Part shown: positions 28,051-39,004 of the stretch, piece by piece
Layout of the letters: every line of letters starts with the position of its first letter
Position numbering within the stretch: position 1 is the first letter of the stretch
Assembly: GCA_041744215.1 (NCBI GenBank)
Contig: JBGTLG010000041.1
Coordinates: 1 to 64,000, forward strand
Direction: 5' to 3'
DNA: 64,000 nucleotides
From: Fimbriimonadales bacterium
GTDB taxonomy: Bacteria > Armatimonadota > Fimbriimonadia > Fimbriimonadales > ATM1
Notes under the pieces: generated by a model
What the model was told of the DNA's origin: nothing
Databases searched by the model: none
Seen by the model: the letters and a program-made list of their open reading frames with translations, nothing else
Program-made: the position numbers and the translations under genes

Positions 28051-30125
28051 GTGGACGGCCTCTTGTACTTGAAATCCTTACCCCGAGATGGCTTCTTGAT
28101 GAGTCTGCTGGCGCTGTCCGCAAGGCCAGCAACCTTCCTTAGCTCGAAAATCTCATCTCGTATCTTCGCTGCATCTTCGAAGCGCATCTCTTTTGCAAGT
28201 GCTTTCATCTCGGATTCAAGTCGCGCGATCTCTTGTGGAATCTCTTCGAGCAGTAATGTAGCGCCTGTCTTGTTGGCAGGCTTGCCGTCGTATTCCGGTG
28301 TATCTTCTGCGACGAAGGCATAACTGCGAACCATTTCTCGAACGGCTTTGATTACTGTTTCCGGAGACGTGCCATGTTCCACGTTGTATTCGGCTTGCAG
28401 TGCTCGCCTCCGATTCGTTTCGCTAATCGCACGCTGCATCGAACCTGTTTCTCCATCCGCGTACATGAGTACCTTGCCGCCAATGTTTCTCGCCGCCCTG
28501 CCAATGGTCTGCACGAGCGACGTCTCCGATCTAAGGAATCCCTCTTTGTCGGCGTCCAGAATCGCGACGAGAGTAACTTCAGGTAGGTCCAACCCTTCTC
28601 GCAACAGGTTCACGCCGACAATAACATCGTAAACTCCCAATCGCAAGTCACGGAGGATTTCAGGACGCTCGAGTGCATGGACATCGCTGTGAAGATATTG
28701 AACTTTGACCCCGAGGTCCTGCAAGTATCCCGTGAGATCTTCCGCCATCTTCTTTGTGAGCGTTGTCACCAACGCTCGCTCCTTTCTTGCGACTCGCTCT
28801 TGGATTTCGTGAATCAGGTCATCGATCTGCCCTTTTGTCGGGCGAATCTCAACCTCGGGATCGAGTAAGTAAGTGGGCCTGATGATTTGCTCGACGATTT
28901 GCTCGCTGTGCTCCTTCTCGAACGGGCCAGGCGTCGCGCTGACGAAAATGACTTGCCCGACCCTCTCTTGAAACTCCTCGAACTTTAAGGGCCTATTGTC
29001 GAGCGCGCAGGGCAAGCGGAATCCGAAATCCACCAACACCGACTTTCTCGAAACGTCGCCGTTATACATCGCGTTGAGCTGCGGGATAGTCTGATGACTT
29101 TCGTCGATGAATATGAGGGCATCCGACGGCAAAAAGTCAAGCAGCGTATAGGGCGGGGTGCCTGGCTCACGTCCATCGAAGTATCGCGAGTAATTTTCGA
29201 TGCCGTTGCAGTATCCGACTTCCTGCATCATTTCGAGGTCGAACTCGGTTCTTTGGCGCAGCCTTTGCTCTTCGAGCAGTTTTCCACCTGCGCGAAATGT
29301 CGCGGTCTGCAGATCGAGTTCTTCTCGAATCTGCCCCATGACCTCTTGCATTCTCTCCCATGGCGTGACGTAGTGGGTTGCGGGGAACACACTGATTCTG
29401 TGCGGCTCGTCGAGAACCTCCTGAGTCAATGGGTCGATAAGTCGAATGCGTTCAATCTCGTCGCCGAAGAATTCGATCCGCGTTGTCACTTCTTCGTCTT
29501 TCGGCTGGATCTCGAGAATATCCCCTTTTACGCGAAACGTACCCCTCTGCAAAACGATTTCGTTGCGCACAAACTGCATCTGCACAAGAGATCGGAGCAC
29601 GTCATCTCTGTTAAAGGGCGTTCCGACTTCGAAAGTCAACACTCTTTCTCGATATGCTTCGGGGTCGCCCAAGCCGTAAATGCAAGATACGGATGCCACA
29701 ATCACAACATCACGTCTTTCTAAGACTGCTTGCGTTGCTGCGTGTCGCAGTCGATCGATTTCTTCGTTTACGCTTGCATCCTTTTCAATGTAGGTGTCGC
29801 TGGTTGGGACATAAGCCTCCGGTTGGTAGTAGTCGTAGTAACTGATGAAGTACTGAACGGAGTTCTCGGGAAAAAACGCCCGAAACTCCTGACAGAGTTG
29901 TGCTGCGAGCGTTTTGTTGTGCGCAATGACGAGAGCCGGTCGCTGCGAGCGCGCGATGACGCTCGCCATCGAATAAGTTTTCCCGGTTCCGGTCGCGCCA
30001 AGAAGCGTTTGATAACGATAGCCGGACTCGAGACCGTCGATCAGAGAGTCGATGGCCTTCGGTTGATCTCCTCTGGGCGTGTATTCGGGATTCAGGAGAA
30101 AGTCGGCGCTCTTGGCCGTAAGCAC
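28047..30125 (-). CDS. uvrB: Excinuclease ABC subunit B
   Basis: [40 protein letters not shown]. Confidence 0.98.
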   Translation of the reverse strand: MLTAKSADFLLNPEYTPRGDQPKAIDSLIDGLESGYRYQTLLGATGTGKTYSMASVIARSQRPALVIAHNKTLAAQLCQEFRAFFPENSVQYFISYYDYYQPEAYVPTSDTYIEKDASVNEEIDRLRHAATQAVLERRDVVIVASVSCIYGLGDPEAYRERVLTFEVGTPFNRDDVLRSLVQMQFVRNEIVLQRGTFRVKGDILEIQPKDEEVTTRIEFFGDEIERIRLIDPLTQEVLDEPHRISVFPATHYVTPWERMQEVMGQIREELDLQTATFRAGGKLLEEQRLRQRTEFDLEMMQEVGYCNGIENYSRYFDGREPGTPPYTLLDFLPSDALIFIDESHQTIPQLNAMYNGDVSRKSVLVDFGFRLPCALDNRPLKFEEFQERVGQVIFVSATPGPFEKEHSEQIVEQIIRPTYLLDPEVEIRPTKGQIDDLIHEIQERVARKERALVTTLTKKMAEDLTGYLQDLGVKVQYLHSDVHALERPEILRDLRLGVYDVIVGVNLLREGLDLPEVTLVAILDADKEGFLRSETSLVQTIGRAARNIGGKVLMYADGETGSMQRAISETNRRRALQAEYNVEHGTSPETVIKAVREMVRSYAFVAEDTPEYDGKPANKTGATLLLEEIPQEIARLESEMKALAKEMRFEDAAKIRDEIFELRKVAGLADSASRLIKKPSRGKDFKYKRPST

Positions 30126-30151
30126 GAGTTCAGTTTACTCGGCGGAGGCCC

Positions 30152-31789
30152 CTAATAGCCCGCTGCGGCCCCATATCCTCGCCGGTCAAACCAACCTGCG
30201 TATCTGCCATCGGGAAGCTTTTGGATTGCAGCGACCAACCCGATTGCGCCCCGCGATTGCAGAACGTATCCCATGCTCTTTAGCTGTGCGGCTGATGCGG
30301 CGGTGAGTACGTCGCGTTCATGATCGATCCGATCGGGTAAGTGCTGATGGTGAAAGCGAGGCGCGTCTACGGCTTCACGAGCGTTCATACCGAATGCGGT
30401 CATGTTCAGGAACACTTGCGCGACAGAAGTAATGATCGTCGAGCCACCCGGAGTTCCTACGGTAAATGCAAACTTGCCCTTCTTTAGCACGATGGTTGGG
30501 GTCATAGACGAAAGCATCCGCTTTCCTGGCTCGATAGCATTCTTTTCGCCCTGGACTAAGCCGAACATATTCGGCGCGCCGGGCTTCGATGTGAAGTCAT
30601 CCATCTCATTATTGAGTAGGAAACCCGCACCCGGAACGACGGCGCCCATGCCATAAGATCCGTTAAGTGTGTACGTGACCGCGACCACGTTTCCGGCGGA
30701 GTCCGCGACACAGTAGTGGGTCGTCTCCTCCTTCTCGATGGCCCCTGCCGCGACGTTTGAACTGCTGCCAGCGCGAGTCTTCAGGAGCAACTTTCTTCGC
30801 TCGTTCAAGTACTCGTCCGAGAGTAGCCTTGAAACCGGAACTTCGACAAAATCAGGGTCCCCGAGATGCTCGTTTCTGTCCGCAAACGCGAGTCGCTCCG
30901 CTTCTACGAGTCGTTGCACGTACATCGCGGAATTGATCCCGAAGGATTTTAGTTCGTCCGGGTCGACAAATGCGAGAATCTGCGCGAGGGTTATGCCGCC
31001 GGAACTCGGTGGAGGCATAGAGACCAGTGTGTATCCGTGACGATCGAAGATAAGCGGTTCTCGCCACACCGCGCTGTAGTTTTTTAGGTCCTGGCGCGAG
31101 ATCAGTCCGCCGCCCCGTTTCAGCTCAGCGACGATCGCGTCCGCTACCTCTCCTTCGTAAAAGGCCGCGCGCCCACCATACGAGATCTTCTCGAGTGTTT
31201 TGGCTAAGCTTGGCTGCCTCAATGTTTGGCCCGCTGCGATTGTGGATCCGCTTCGATAAAACGACTCGCGTGTCGCGGCGAATCTGCCCAGTAGCGCATC
31301 GCTCGACCGAAGCGACGCAGCAAGTCTTTGGTGTACTGTGAAACCTTCGCGTGCAAGTCGTATTGCTGGTTTCATCACCTCGCGTAAGGAAAGCTTTCCG
31401 AAGCGATATTGGGTGCGGACCAAACCTTCGACGGTGCCCGGAACACCCACAGCCAGGTGGGACCTCTGACTCAAGTCTGCGCTCGGTTCTCCGCTTGCGC
31501 TTAGGAACATGTCTCGTGTGGCCGCGCCTGGCGCCGTCTCGCGGAAATCGTAGGCGTAGAACTCTCCGTTCGAGTCCATCGCAACCATAAAGCCTCCTCC
31601 ACCGATGTTGCCTGCTTGCGGATAGGTTACGGCGAGCGCGAATCCAACTGCTACCGCAGCGTCGAACGCGTTGCCACCCGCTTTGAGAATTGTGAGGCCG
31701 GCTTGTGTGGCATGCGGTTCGGCGGACACTACGATCGCGCTTGAGGCGATGACTGGCTGGGCGATGATTGTGAGAGCAGTTGCAAGCAT
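30152..31789 (-). CDS. ggt: Gamma-glutamyltransferase
   Basis: GGNAFDAAVA, DFRETAP, catalytic Thr in EETTH, NNEMDDF, LSSMTPT. Confidence 0.95.
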   Translation of the reverse strand: MLATALTIIAQPVIASSAIVVSAEPHATQAGLTILKAGGNAFDAAVAVGFALAVTYPQAGNIGGGGFMVAMDSNGEFYAYDFRETAPGAATRDMFLSASGEPSADLSQRSHLAVGVPGTVEGLVRTQYRFGKLSLREVMKPAIRLAREGFTVHQRLAASLRSSDALLGRFAATRESFYRSGSTIAAGQTLRQPSLAKTLEKISYGGRAAFYEGEVADAIVAELKRGGGLISRQDLKNYSAVWREPLIFDRHGYTLVSMPPPSSGGITLAQILAFVDPDELKSFGINSAMYVQRLVEAERLAFADRNEHLGDPDFVEVPVSRLLSDEYLNERRKLLLKTRAGSSSNVAAGAIEKEETTHYCVADSAGNVVAVTYTLNGSYGMGAVVPGAGFLLNNEMDDFTSKPGAPNMFGLVQGEKNAIEPGKRMLSSMTPTIVLKKGKFAFTVGTPGGSTIITSVAQVFLNMTAFGMNAREAVDAPRFHHQHLPDRIDHERDVLTAASAAQLKSMGYVLQSRGAIGLVAAIQKLPDGRYAGWFDRRGYGAAAGY

Positions 31790-31799
31790 CGAAGTGATG

Positions 31800-32633
31800 C
31801 TACCCTGACGCCTTTTCCTTCTCCGGAACAAGCACCCGGATCACGTAAGCAACAGCAACCGCCGCGCCAAAGGTCAGCACCATCGACGCTCCGGTAGGCC
31901 AGTCGTAATGCTTAGACGCATAAAGCCCCAGCATTGAAAACACGCACCCAATCACAACTGCGATGAGCGCGGCCACCCACATCCTCGAGATGAATAGCAG
32001 GGCGATGACTGCTGGCATCACAAGCCAAGTGAAGACGACTAAAACGCCGGCCAGTTTGACTGATGAGGCCACGACGAAACCAAGCAAGCCGTAGTAGAGA
32101 AAATCGAACGCTACGGCCTTCCAGCCCTGCGGCGCATCGTCAGTCGCCAGCGTGATGCGCGTTGTCCATTTCCAAATCGCAAGCACGGCGATTAAAATGA
32201 CTGTGTAGATCTTTGCGGTCGATTCGACCTGCTGGGGGCTCACCAAGAGAATCCTGCCCTCCGAAAGGTTCTTTAGCTCCTCGAGTCCGTGGGGAGTTGC
32301 AGTCAACACGATGATCCCCCATGCGCTCGCGGCCACAAAGACGATCCCGATGATGGCCTCGTGCGGAACTCTTGCGATCTTGCGTCGCGTCAGCGAAATG
32401 AGAAGTGCTCCGCCGAGAGCGAAGAGGACGGCCGTGCGATGCGCCTCGAACGAGGTGGCTTCGTGTCCCTGCGCCATAGAGAACGCCATCCCGAGGGCAG
32501 CGACCTGGGCGATTGCGAGATCAATGAAGATGAGTCCACGCCGCACGATGTGCAGCCCGAAAAGCGCATGAACCGGCGACATCACAAGCGAAGCGAGCGC
32601 CGGGAGGCGAAAAAACTCTAAGAAGTCGGACAA
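31800..32633 (-). CDS. Metal (Zn/Mn-type) ABC transporter permease
   Basis: Multiple TM helices; FIDLAIAQVAALG, EAIIGIVF, GVLVVFTWLVMPA, DWPTGA. Confidence 0.85.
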   Translation of the reverse strand: MSDFLEFFRLPALASLVMSPVHALFGLHIVRRGLIFIDLAIAQVAALGMAFSMAQGHEATSFEAHRTAVLFALGGALLISLTRRKIARVPHEAIIGIVFVAASAWGIIVLTATPHGLEELKNLSEGRILLVSPQQVESTAKIYTVILIAVLAIWKWTTRITLATDDAPQGWKAVAFDFLYYGLLGFVVASSVKLAGVLVVFTWLVMPAVIALLFISRMWVAALIAVVIGCVFSMLGLYASKHYDWPTGASMVLTFGAAVAVAYVIRVLVPEKEKASG

Positions 32634-32642
32634 GTTGAGTGC

Positions 32643-33647
32643 CTATCTTAGCGCAGAGGAGACCGAATCTACGATCGTATCGATCAGTTTGAAGTAATCG
32701 CTGGCCGCAGCGGTGTGGCCGACGCTGGCCGGAAGTACGAGCACTCTAGCTCCTGACCGCTGGGCGACGGCATTTGCCGCGCCGCGAGAGTAGAACGGCT
32801 CTTGCAAGATGGCCTTCACGTCACGCTGCTTGGCGATTTCAACAACCGTAGACAGATGGCCGGGTGTCGGCTCAATGCCAGGTCTCGGCTCCAGTTCTGC
32901 GGCAACGGACAACCCAAATCGGTTCGTAAAGTAGATCCAACTCCGGTGATAGGAGATGATGGATTGGCCCGCGAACGGAGCCATCTTCCCGGCCCACCCG
33001 GACAGCTGGCCCGTAGCGCTGTTCTCGCGAAGTTTGGCTTGGAGCTGACCTTGTTGGCTCCAGGCCCAGAGCGTCGATGTGCCGAACCGACCGACAAGGG
33101 CCTCCCCGAACATGGCCTTGTCAAGCTTGTCCAGGAACGCGCGGGCATTCTTCTCATACTCGGTAGCGTTGGCCGGATCAACCTTCGCCAAGGAGCCCCG
33201 GATGTTCCACGCAATCTGTCGGGCATTGTAGGGGTCCAGCCAAATGTGCGGGTTCCCGTGCGGGTGAACATCGCCGTCAGCACGCGAAACTGCCTCGCGT
33301 CGATCGAGGATGAAGCAACCAGCAGATGCGTACAAGTGACCTGGCTGGCCCACGGCAACACGCCGATTACGGCTTCCATCCAGGATTGGCCTTTCGTAAC
33401 CAATCTCAAGTTCGAGCCCGATAGCAATGAAGAGGCCAGCCCCAGCAACCCGGGACATATAGCTCGGCCTCGCCTCGATGAAATGGGGGTCCCGGGCACC
33501 GGTAACAATTGAGCTTACCGATACCCGAGAGCCACCAACCGCCTTAGCGATTGACGCCAAATCCTGCGTCGTAGTAACAACATTGACCGCGCTCCCGCTA
33601 GAGAGCGCGCCTAATGTCAGCAAACTTGCAATACAGGCGATTCGCAT
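32643..33647 (-). CDS. Metal ABC transporter substrate-binding protein (ZnuA/TroA family)
   Basis: Signal peptide, DPHF, GNPHIWLDP, YHRSWIYF, PTPGHL. Confidence 0.92.
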   Translation of the reverse strand: MRIACIASLLTLGALSSGSAVNVVTTTQDLASIAKAVGGSRVSVSSIVTGARDPHFIEARPSYMSRVAGAGLFIAIGLELEIGYERPILDGSRNRRVAVGQPGHLYASAGCFILDRREAVSRADGDVHPHGNPHIWLDPYNARQIAWNIRGSLAKVDPANATEYEKNARAFLDKLDKAMFGEALVGRFGTSTLWAWSQQGQLQAKLRENSATGQLSGWAGKMAPFAGQSIISYHRSWIYFTNRFGLSVAAELEPRPGIEPTPGHLSTVVEIAKQRDVKAILQEPFYSRGAANAVAQRSGARVLVLPASVGHTAAASDYFKLIDTIVDSVSSALR

Positions 33648-33662
33648 TATTGAGTCTTCTCC

Positions 33663-34760
33663 TCAGTACTTGTGTGCAGGATGTGCTCCGATCAAGTACT
33701 GGAACTGAAATGTTAGAACGTTGCGAGGATCGTCGAAGTTACTGGTGATTCGTTGGAACTCCAGCCTGAGGACTTGGAACTCAGTCAGCTTGTAACTGAC
33801 ATTTGCGCCCCAAGCTTGTCTAAGATCAGACGTCCCAGGCATCTCGCTGTAATCGTATCTCGCCGTGATAAAGGTACGCGGCGCGACCTCATACGTGAAA
33901 GCGGCAAATGCTCCGAACGTCGAACTGAAGCCTGCTTCGTTCGAGTTGGCCCAGTAGGCCTCAGTTTCGAGCACCGCTGATCGGCCCTTCTGGCCTGGCT
34001 GCCACTTCATCGTGTAGTCAAGGCCGACCACCGTCGCCCGGTCTTCGTCCCTCGGCCCGAAAAGAAGCGAGCCACCTAGTTGAGCGGACATATCCTCGCT
34101 AAAGTCGAAAAAGGTCCGCAGTCGCGCGATTCCAACCGGCTTGTCGAGAGTTGAGTGGTCGAACAACGGCCCGTCTTCCGCCTGAACCGCCTCGAGAGAG
34201 AGCTCAAGGAACTGCTGCCCTGGGAACAGGTAGGAAACGTGGACGCCTGGTGCCCGGAGCCCGTGCTCGCCAAAGAGGTCTTGGATCACAAACGGGTAGT
34301 CGAGGAAGTTCAATTGATCGATGTGATTCCGCTGCAGCCTTCCCACCGCGCCTGCGAACTTGCCCATTTTGACTTGCCAGCCGCCACCGAGCCTGTTATA
34401 AACCGCGAAGGCCTCCTCGATTTCGATTTCATACTCGGCGTGATCTTCGCCCTTGCCTTTACCCTGCTTCTTATGTCCGTGATCATCGGTATGCTGATGG
34501 ATACCGATGTAGGCTTCGGCCCTGAGGAACGGATCTACGTCGGCAGCGAACCCAAGCTCAAGTTCGTTCAGATTCCAGACCTTCTCTCCATGATTGTCAA
34601 CCAGAATTCCCCTGAAGTCGGTTACCAGGGATATCTGCGGATTGAAGACGTTCTTGGCGGGGGTCGGCGGTTGTTCGTCTTGCAGTGCGAGCGGTGCCGT
34701 CGTGCCTGAGCCAAAGGCTACGGCCGCCGCTGCCGCGATGGATTGAATGGGTACGCCCAT
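33663..34760 (-). CDS. His-rich outer-membrane beta-barrel protein, probably for metal uptake
   Basis: Alternating beta strands, loop HQHTDDHGHKK, C-terminus FQYLIGAHPAHKY; first gene of the metal operon; AGGAGG SD. Confidence 0.75.
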   Translation of the reverse strand: MGVPIQSIAAAAAVAFGSGTTAPLALQDEQPPTPAKNVFNPQISLVTDFRGILVDNHGEKVWNLNELELGFAADVDPFLRAEAYIGIHQHTDDHGHKKQGKGKGEDHAEYEIEIEEAFAVYNRLGGGWQVKMGKFAGAVGRLQRNHIDQLNFLDYPFVIQDLFGEHGLRAPGVHVSYLFPGQQFLELSLEAVQAEDGPLFDHSTLDKPVGIARLRTFFDFSEDMSAQLGGSLLFGPRDEDRATVVGLDYTMKWQPGQKGRSAVLETEAYWANSNEAGFSSTFGAFAAFTYEVAPRTFITARYDYSEMPGTSDLRQAWGANVSYKLTEFQVLRLEFQRITSNFDDPRNVLTFQFQYLIGAHPAHKY

Positions 34761-34786
34761 TTGGTTGATGTCCTCCTATCAGAAAT

Positions 34787-34862
34787 TTATTGCAATGCTA
34801 TTGAATTAGCTGGAGGGCAGTATATCCCTACAAAGCCACAATAAGCAAGTTTGCTTCAATAA
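34787..34862 (-). promoter_or_regulatory. Promoter with Fur/Zur-like AT-rich palindromic operator(s)
   Basis: Minus strand TTGCTT-N18-TATACT. Imperfect palindrome TTATTGCAATGCTATTGAATTAG (34787-34809), plus a weaker one over the -35 (34840-34862). Confidence 0.6.
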
Positions 34863-34867
34863 CGCGA

Positions 34868-35899
34868 TTAGCCGGAGATTTCGAAGACCACCTTCCCGGT
34901 CTTACCTTCCGCCATCAGCTCCATCGCGGCGTTGAAATCGCTGTAGGGAAATCGGTGGGTAATCACTGGAAGGATATCCAGCGTTCCCGCGGCAAGCATT
35001 CCGCCCATCTGGTCCCACGTCTCCCAGATCCTCCTCCCGACGATGCACTGGACGTCGAGCCCCTTGAAGATCGCGTCATTCAGGGCGACAGGCATTTTTG
35101 GCTCTGGGAACAGTCCGAGGAGGCTAACTCTGCCGCCTGGTCGAGTCGCCCTTATCGCGAGGTCGAGAGCGCTCGGATGCCCCGACATTTCGAGGGCTCC
35201 GTCAACGCCGCCGGGATAGGCTGCAGACAGAACCGCCTCAGCGTCGTCTTTCGTAGGGTCGATCACGAGATCCGCCCCCATTTTCCTCGCCATCTCCAGT
35301 CGATAATCGCTCACTTCAGTAACTGCCACCGAGTTCGCACCGAGAGCCCTGCAAACACCCACAGCAAACAACCCGATTGGGCCCATTCCTGTGATGAGAA
35401 TGTCTTGGCCAGTGACAGGTCCGGCCATTACAGAGTGCACGGCGTTGCCCAGCGGGTCCTGGACGCATGCGATGTCTAACGGAACTGAATCCGGAACCTT
35501 GCGTGCGTTTTGCCATGGGATTACCGCCCAGGGCGCGAATCCGCCATCGACGTCTACTCCCAAAATCCTTGTGTTTACGCAGACGTGACCTTGCCCGTTC
35601 ATACACTGCTTACACATGCCACAGACGATGTGAGACTCGCTCGCCACTACATCTCCTGGCTGTAGCTCGGTGACATCGTCCGCGACTTCCTCGACGATGC
35701 CGCTAAACTCGTGGCCGATGATTCGCGGCGGAAGGACGCGGGATGCAGCCCAAGTATCCCACGCGAAGATGTGGAGGTCAGTGCCGCAGACGCTGCCATA
35801 CTTCACGCGCATCCTAACATGGCCAGGCTTGAGTAACGGTTCCGGCACTTCGATGAAGTCAGCGCCTGGCTCTGCCCGCACCTTAACTATCGCTTTCAC
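34868..35899 (-). CDS. tdh: L-threonine 3-dehydrogenase
   Basis: CGTDLHI, GHEF, ESHIVCGMCKQC, DPLGNAVH, GRRIWETW. Confidence 0.92.
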   Translation of the reverse strand: MKAIVKVRAEPGADFIEVPEPLLKPGHVRMRVKYGSVCGTDLHIFAWDTWAASRVLPPRIIGHEFSGIVEEVADDVTELQPGDVVASESHIVCGMCKQCMNGQGHVCVNTRILGVDVDGGFAPWAVIPWQNARKVPDSVPLDIACVQDPLGNAVHSVMAGPVTGQDILITGMGPIGLFAVGVCRALGANSVAVTEVSDYRLEMARKMGADLVIDPTKDDAEAVLSAAYPGGVDGALEMSGHPSALDLAIRATRPGGRVSLLGLFPEPKMPVALNDAIFKGLDVQCIVGRRIWETWDQMGGMLAAGTLDILPVITHRFPYSDFNAAMELMAEGKTGKVVFEISG

Positions 35900-35900
35900 G

Positions 35901-36569
35901 CTATTTCGCTGCCCAAAGAAGTCCGCGCTTCATGATAGTTCGAACCGGCTCTGCTTCAACAATACTTCGCTGATGACCGAGTGAGCAATAGAAAACCGAT
36001 CCAGCGCCCCATCTCTTCGTCCAGACAACCGGAACGTCGACGGGCCCATTCGGTATGTGAGGGCCGCCAATTCCTTCTGTCGGAAACCTCGTGGTGGCTA
36101 AGACGTTGACGGCGGGATCGACGTGCATGTAGTACTGCTCGCTCTCGACCTCGAAGTCCTCGATGCCTCGCATCACCGGATGGTCGCGATTGACGACGTT
36201 TACTGTGTAACGGACCCCGTCGTTCCCTGGGTGTGCGACCCACTGTCCACCCGTCATGAACTGCCACTCCGTCGATTCCCTGAAACTGTCGCACATTCCA
36301 CCATGACACCCAGCGAGACCTACTCCCGACTCGACTGCCTTAAGCACTGGGCTCAACTGCTCGCCTTCGATCCGTCCCATAGTCCAAACCGGCACGATCA
36401 GATTGGTGGCCGCGAGGCATCCAGCATCTCTGAATGAACCAAGGCTGTCGCTGACCTCAACCTCCCAACCTTCTTCGCACAGAAGGTCTCTGAACAACTG
36501 GGCGACGAGGTCGGGCTGATGGCCATCCCAGCCGCCCCATACGATTAGTGCTCGCTTCGCGTCTGGCAT
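35901..36569 (-). CDS. ThuA domain-containing protein
   Basis: WGGWDGHQP, GCHGGMCD, GGQWVAHP, EQYYMH, FYCSLGH. Confidence 0.88.
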   Translation of the reverse strand: MPDAKRALIVWGGWDGHQPDLVAQLFRDLLCEEGWEVEVSDSLGSFRDAGCLAATNLIVPVWTMGRIEGEQLSPVLKAVESGVGLAGCHGGMCDSFRESTEWQFMTGGQWVAHPGNDGVRYTVNVVNRDHPVMRGIEDFEVESEQYYMHVDPAVNVLATTRFPTEGIGGPHIPNGPVDVPVVWTKRWGAGSVFYCSLGHQRSIVEAEPVRTIMKRGLLWAAK

Positions 36570-36590
36570 GGGCGCGCATTGTACCGGCCC

Positions 36591-37832
36591 CTACAGGAGT
36601 GACTTCAATTCGAGCACGTCGAAGGAAGGATTCGAAAGTCTCTCTCGCAGAGCCCCGGCATCCGTTCGCGATTTCACGAGTTCCTCGAAGAGGTCGTTTA
36701 TGGGGTCTTGCTGTTTGTATTCCCTTCTGATGTCGCTACCACCTGCGAATGTTCCGTTTTCAAAGAGAAACAGCTCCGTCAGGACAGGTCCCGTCGGGTC
36801 TCCGAGAACGAACGACTCCTTTGCAAACTCCGGATATCCCCTTTGGATGTAGGAAAGCTCGCCCACGTCGCTAAAGAAATAGGGAACTCCAATGTAATCT
36901 GCGTATTGGCCCGCCATGCACTTGCCAGCGTGCGCTCCGGTCGCCTTGGCGTGGAGATGGTGCTCGGCTTGATAGGTCGAACCCAGAATGTTGTCGTCAA
37001 ACTCGCAGACATCGCCAGCAGCCCAGATTGATGGATCCGCGGTGCGGAGTTTCGAATCGGCACGAACACCTCGTGACCCTATCGGCAGCCCACACTCTTT
37101 CGCAAGTTGCGTGCAAGGATCGTCACCAATGCCGGCAACGACGAAGTCGCACTCGATAACGCTTGCATCGTCGAGAATGACTCGATCGCTCTCGACGGCC
37201 GCGACTTCACGCCCGGTGCGAATCTCGGCACCGAGCGACGCTAACTCTCTTTGGATTGCTGCGGCGGCAGCTTTCGCGGGCACGTGTGGCCACAAGTTTT
37301 GCTGCTTTTCGATAATCGTGACAGAGAGGCCTTTCGCGAGCATCGTCGCGGCAACCTCTGCGCCGATCCAGCCGGCACCTACAATGCAGACTTTCTTTGC
37401 CGAGTTTGACCTTTCGCGAATCGCAACGCCATCTGCAGCGGATCGCAACAGCATGGCGAGTTCGGCGCCAGGGACGGATAGCGAGATGGGCTCCGCGCCG
37501 AGAGCGTACAGCAGCTTTCCGTATGCAATTTGATCGTGACCTTGGGCGGCCATCTTCTTTGATTCACGGTCGATTTTTGTGACACGTGTGTTGAGGATCA
37601 GCTCGATATTGTTTTCGGGATAAAAGGACTCGTCTTTGCTATGCGCGTCGCTCGGGGTCATCGACTCGTTCTTCAGAAAGCCTTTTGAGAATGGAGGCCT
37701 GTCGTAGGGCGGTTCACTGTCGGCACTTACGATCGCAATCGAGCCGGATTTGTCAATCTCGCGTATTGCTGCGGCACAGTACCCACAACACGTTCCGCCC
37801 CCCAGGAGCACGTAGTCAAATTCTCTATTCAT
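36591..37832 (-). CDS. FAD-dependent NAD(P)H oxidoreductase (ferredoxin reductase-like)
   Basis: PYDRPPFSK, VGAGWIGAE, WAAGD, PYFFSD. Confidence 0.9.
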   Translation of the reverse strand: MNREFDYVLLGGGTCCGYCAAAIREIDKSGSIAIVSADSEPPYDRPPFSKGFLKNESMTPSDAHSKDESFYPENNIELILNTRVTKIDRESKKMAAQGHDQIAYGKLLYALGAEPISLSVPGAELAMLLRSAADGVAIRERSNSAKKVCIVGAGWIGAEVAATMLAKGLSVTIIEKQQNLWPHVPAKAAAAAIQRELASLGAEIRTGREVAAVESDRVILDDASVIECDFVVAGIGDDPCTQLAKECGLPIGSRGVRADSKLRTADPSIWAAGDVCEFDDNILGSTYQAEHHLHAKATGAHAGKCMAGQYADYIGVPYFFSDVGELSYIQRGYPEFAKESFVLGDPTGPVLTELFLFENGTFAGGSDIRREYKQQDPINDLFEELVKSRTDAGALRERLSNPSFDVLELKSLL

Positions 37833-37852
37833 TTTTCTTGCATTCTATCGCA

Positions 37853-39004
37853 TCATGCGCTGGCAAGTTTTAGTTCACGATCCAGATCTTCCAGCAAGTC
37901 TCCGACGTTTTCCAAACCGACCGACATCCGCACGAACCACCGATCTCCCCTGTTCGGATCGCAAAGGGGTATTGCCAAACTCTCATGTCCGCCCCAGCTG
38001 ACTCCAATCTGAAACAAGCGAAGACCCTCGCAGAAAGCGTACACCTTTTCCCTAGATTGAAAAGTGGGCTCGAACGAGATCATTCCACTTGTGCCCCTCA
38101 TCTGCTTTTCTACGAGATCGTGTCCTGGATGCGAAGGTAACCCTGCGTAGTAAACATGCGAAACTGCTGCGTGATTATCCAGGAACTCCGCAACACTCTT
38201 CGCGCTTTGCTGAATTCGCTCCATTCGAATCGCGAGCGTTCGAAGCGATCGAATCAGTAGCCAGCTTGCAAACGGATCCGCGTTTCCGCCAAGCAGGGCG
38301 CCCTCGTTTTCGAGCAGTCGGGACATCCTCTCTTCCGACCCGCAAACTGCGCCGAGGACTATATCGCTGTGGCCTCCGAGATACTTTGTCGCGGTGTGAG
38401 CAACAAGGTCGATTCCGAAGTCGGCTGGATTTTGAAAGTAAGGAGAAGCGTTCGAGTTGTCGATGATCGTTGAGATCCCTCGGGACTTCGCGATACTTGC
38501 GATTGCACCGATGTCTTGGATATGAAAGTAAAACGACCCTGGGGACTCAAGATAGATCAACGTCGTGTTTTCTCGTATGGCATCCTCGATAACGTTTGTA
38601 TCTCGACCGTCGACGAAGCTGGTTTCAACCCCGAACCTGGGCATGTATTCGCGCAAGAACTGCAACGTCGGGCCATAGGCAGCGTCCGTGCAAACCACAT
38701 GCGACCCAGCTTTTGTGCACGACATAATCGCTGCCGATATCGCGGCCATTCCGCTTGAGAAGAGTCGACACTTCTCCGTTTTTTCAAGCGCAGCAATCTT
38801 TTTTTCCGCTACGTCCGTAGTCGGGTTGTTGATTCGCGTGTAATCGAAGACCCTCCGATCCTTGGTTCGATCGATGAATGAGTCAGCCGTTTCGAACACA
38901 AAGAGCGAGTTTTGGAAGATAGGAGGCACTACTGCGCCTTCAAAACGATAGTCCTCTCCAAGGTGTTGGCAGATGGTCTCGAAGGACCAGTTTTCATCGT
39001 TCAA
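37853..39004 (-). CDS. PLP-dependent trans-sulfuration enzyme (cystathionine gamma-synthase/lyase family)
   Basis: YTRINNPT, SSGMAAI, TKYLGGHSD, SWGGHESL. Confidence 0.9.
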   Translation of the reverse strand: MNDENWSFETICQHLGEDYRFEGAVVPPIFQNSLFVFETADSFIDRTKDRRVFDYTRINNPTTDVAEKKIAALEKTEKCRLFSSGMAAISAAIMSCTKAGSHVVCTDAAYGPTLQFLREYMPRFGVETSFVDGRDTNVIEDAIRENTTLIYLESPGSFYFHIQDIGAIASIAKSRGISTIIDNSNASPYFQNPADFGIDLVAHTATKYLGGHSDIVLGAVCGSEERMSRLLENEGALLGGNADPFASWLLIRSLRTLAIRMERIQQSAKSVAEFLDNHAAVSHVYYAGLPSHPGHDLVEKQMRGTSGMISFEPTFQSREKVYAFCEGLRLFQIGVSWGGHESLAIPLCDPNRGDRWFVRMSVGLENVGDLLEDLDRELKLASA

